Assembly: GCF_964213995.1 (NCBI RefSeq)
Contig: NC_135804.1
Location: forward strand, 67,890,001-67,954,000
Length of the DNA: 64,000 bases
Direction: 5' to 3'
DNA from: Mustelus asterias
Taxonomy: Eukaryota
Shown here piece after piece: positions 62,411 through 64,000 of the stretch. The notes beneath the pieces were generated by a model. It was not told where the DNA came from. It saw only the letters and a program-made list of their open reading frames with translations, and did not search any database. The translations under genes were made by a program, and so were the position numbers. Position 1 is the stretch's first letter. Each line of letters starts with the position of its first letter.

Positions 62411-64000
62411 AAAATAGACGAATAATTAATTTCTGAGAAACGACGTGAATCGCATGCCTTAGAATAACAAGAATCCGACCTGCTTTGAAAAGAACGCTCG
62501 TGATTCTGCAGTGTAACCATAATATATGCAGATAGACCAGAGCGAAATGTTTCCAACACCGGCTTGGAACATGAAAAATATGTGCATAGCAGTAAAAGTT
62601 TACATAGCAGTAAACGTATAAAAGTTACAAACAAAAATGAACGTCATGACCATCTGTCAGCTCGAGACTGTCCATTTTCCATTGTGCGGCTGAAAGGACA
62701 TGTTTCGCAATAAACTGACATTCTGATGTTCCTGTGGTTACCTTATGTCAGTAGAACCAAAAGCTCATCCGGTGGATAGCTTTTTTTGCGAGAAAAATGC
62801 AAAGGGGCAGTTACATTTGAAAGAAAATCATAAATTTATTGAATTTAATCATGTTACTGATGTAAGAATTTAATGATTGTTTTTGTTTCAGCTTGCTTAC
62901 AGTTTATCTCTCAAAATCAACTTTGAATACAGAGATGCATTCATGGTTACGAGGTGGCGCTTCTTGATCCGGAGCATATTTCTTCGATATCGGGTGAGTA
63001 CACAACTTGAAAGCCAAGAAATAAATTATGCCGTTCAAGTAAACAGACGGGAATTGTGTGTTATTCATTGACAAACTAAATATGCACATTCGTCCGGTGA
63101 AAATCCTGGAATTTCCTCCCTTACGGCATTGTGGGTCAACCCACATCACATGGAATGCAGCGATTCAAGAAGGCAGCTTTCCACCACCTTCTCAAGGGCA
63201 ATTCGAGATGGGCAATTAATACTGGCCAGTCAGCGACGCCCATGTCCCACGAATAAATAACAATTAACGACTGTGTTGAATTTGTAGGAGATGTGAATTG
63301 AGTCATATTTGGTGCTTTGCAGGCGACTCCGGCTAACCAATTACGCACCATATGTTCATCCCATGACGGAATGCATTGGAGTAATGTGAGGAATAAAAAT
63401 GGTGATCCATTCAGCTGGACTGTTCCTCTTGTGAAACATAAAATATTTATGAGGAACCAGTGAAGTCTTTAAGCTTCCAAAACCTCTTTGGCATTGACAT
63501 TAATAGGGTCTTTCATTTGATACGGCGGAGAAATGTTTTGTAATTGTCATTAAAAGAGCACGGATACCGGATTCGGACGGCTGTTTTAAGGCCTGATTCG
63601 TACCGACTGTCTAATACTTTACGGAAAGCGATTAATAATTTGAGCCGACTCCTAAAATGGAGACGCCTGCGGGGAAATACATATTTTGAAAATAAAAGAT
63701 TCGCAATTGATAAATCGGAAACTGAATTTGCATTAATCCCCAGGGTGCTCACGAGCGTGGTGACGACAGATTCTCTGCGCCGAACTGAGCACGTTATATA
63801 AATATGGGCATGATAAGTGGCGAGTTTTAAAACAGATGACCCAAGCACGGAACCGGAGTTTTATCAGTGCTCAAATTCTTTGTTGCATCTAGTGTGTTCT
63901 CTCGTTAGTTGATATCTCATTGATTCAATCGAACTGCATGAATATTGACATCTACCATGCGGAGTCACCGTTATGGGCGGACGTCCATCTCTTGACATTT

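Noticed and set aside
62892-62995. Exon-like segment (tttcag ... cgg|gtgagt) reading MVTRWRFLIRSIFLRYR
   Set aside because: Too basic for a leader, phase 0, and no partner exon in the window.

Overview
Vertebrate genomic DNA, almost certainly from a shark or ray, judged from HE1/V-SINE-type SINEs and shark-like CR1, Rex1/Babar, Harbinger, Penelope and Gypsy debris. Most of the window is transposable-element sequence. I could assemble one complete host gene by hand on the minus strand (45033-55358, 7 exons, 348 aa, all splice phases compatible). Its architecture is signal peptide, V-set Ig, C1-set Ig, uncharged TM and a cytoplasmic tail with three ITIMs. This makes it a non-rearranging V-C1 inhibitory immune receptor (SIRP/B7-H6/tapasin-like ectodomain). 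Its last two exons are ungapped duplicates of each other, and a splice donor sits inside an ITSM, so splicing versus intron retention would change the signalling motifs. Bases 1-5109 recur at 29432-34540 with a novel junction at 5109/5110, consistent with a very recent 29,431-bp tandem duplication. Other structure includes a perfect 128-bp-arm palindrome at 39364-39622, a Penelope fragment with an intact minimal hammerhead ribozyme core, two diverged CR1 copies sharing the same in-frame stop between endonuclease and RT, and possible orphan leader exons. TE family names come from motif recognition, not database searches, and TE boundaries are approximate.
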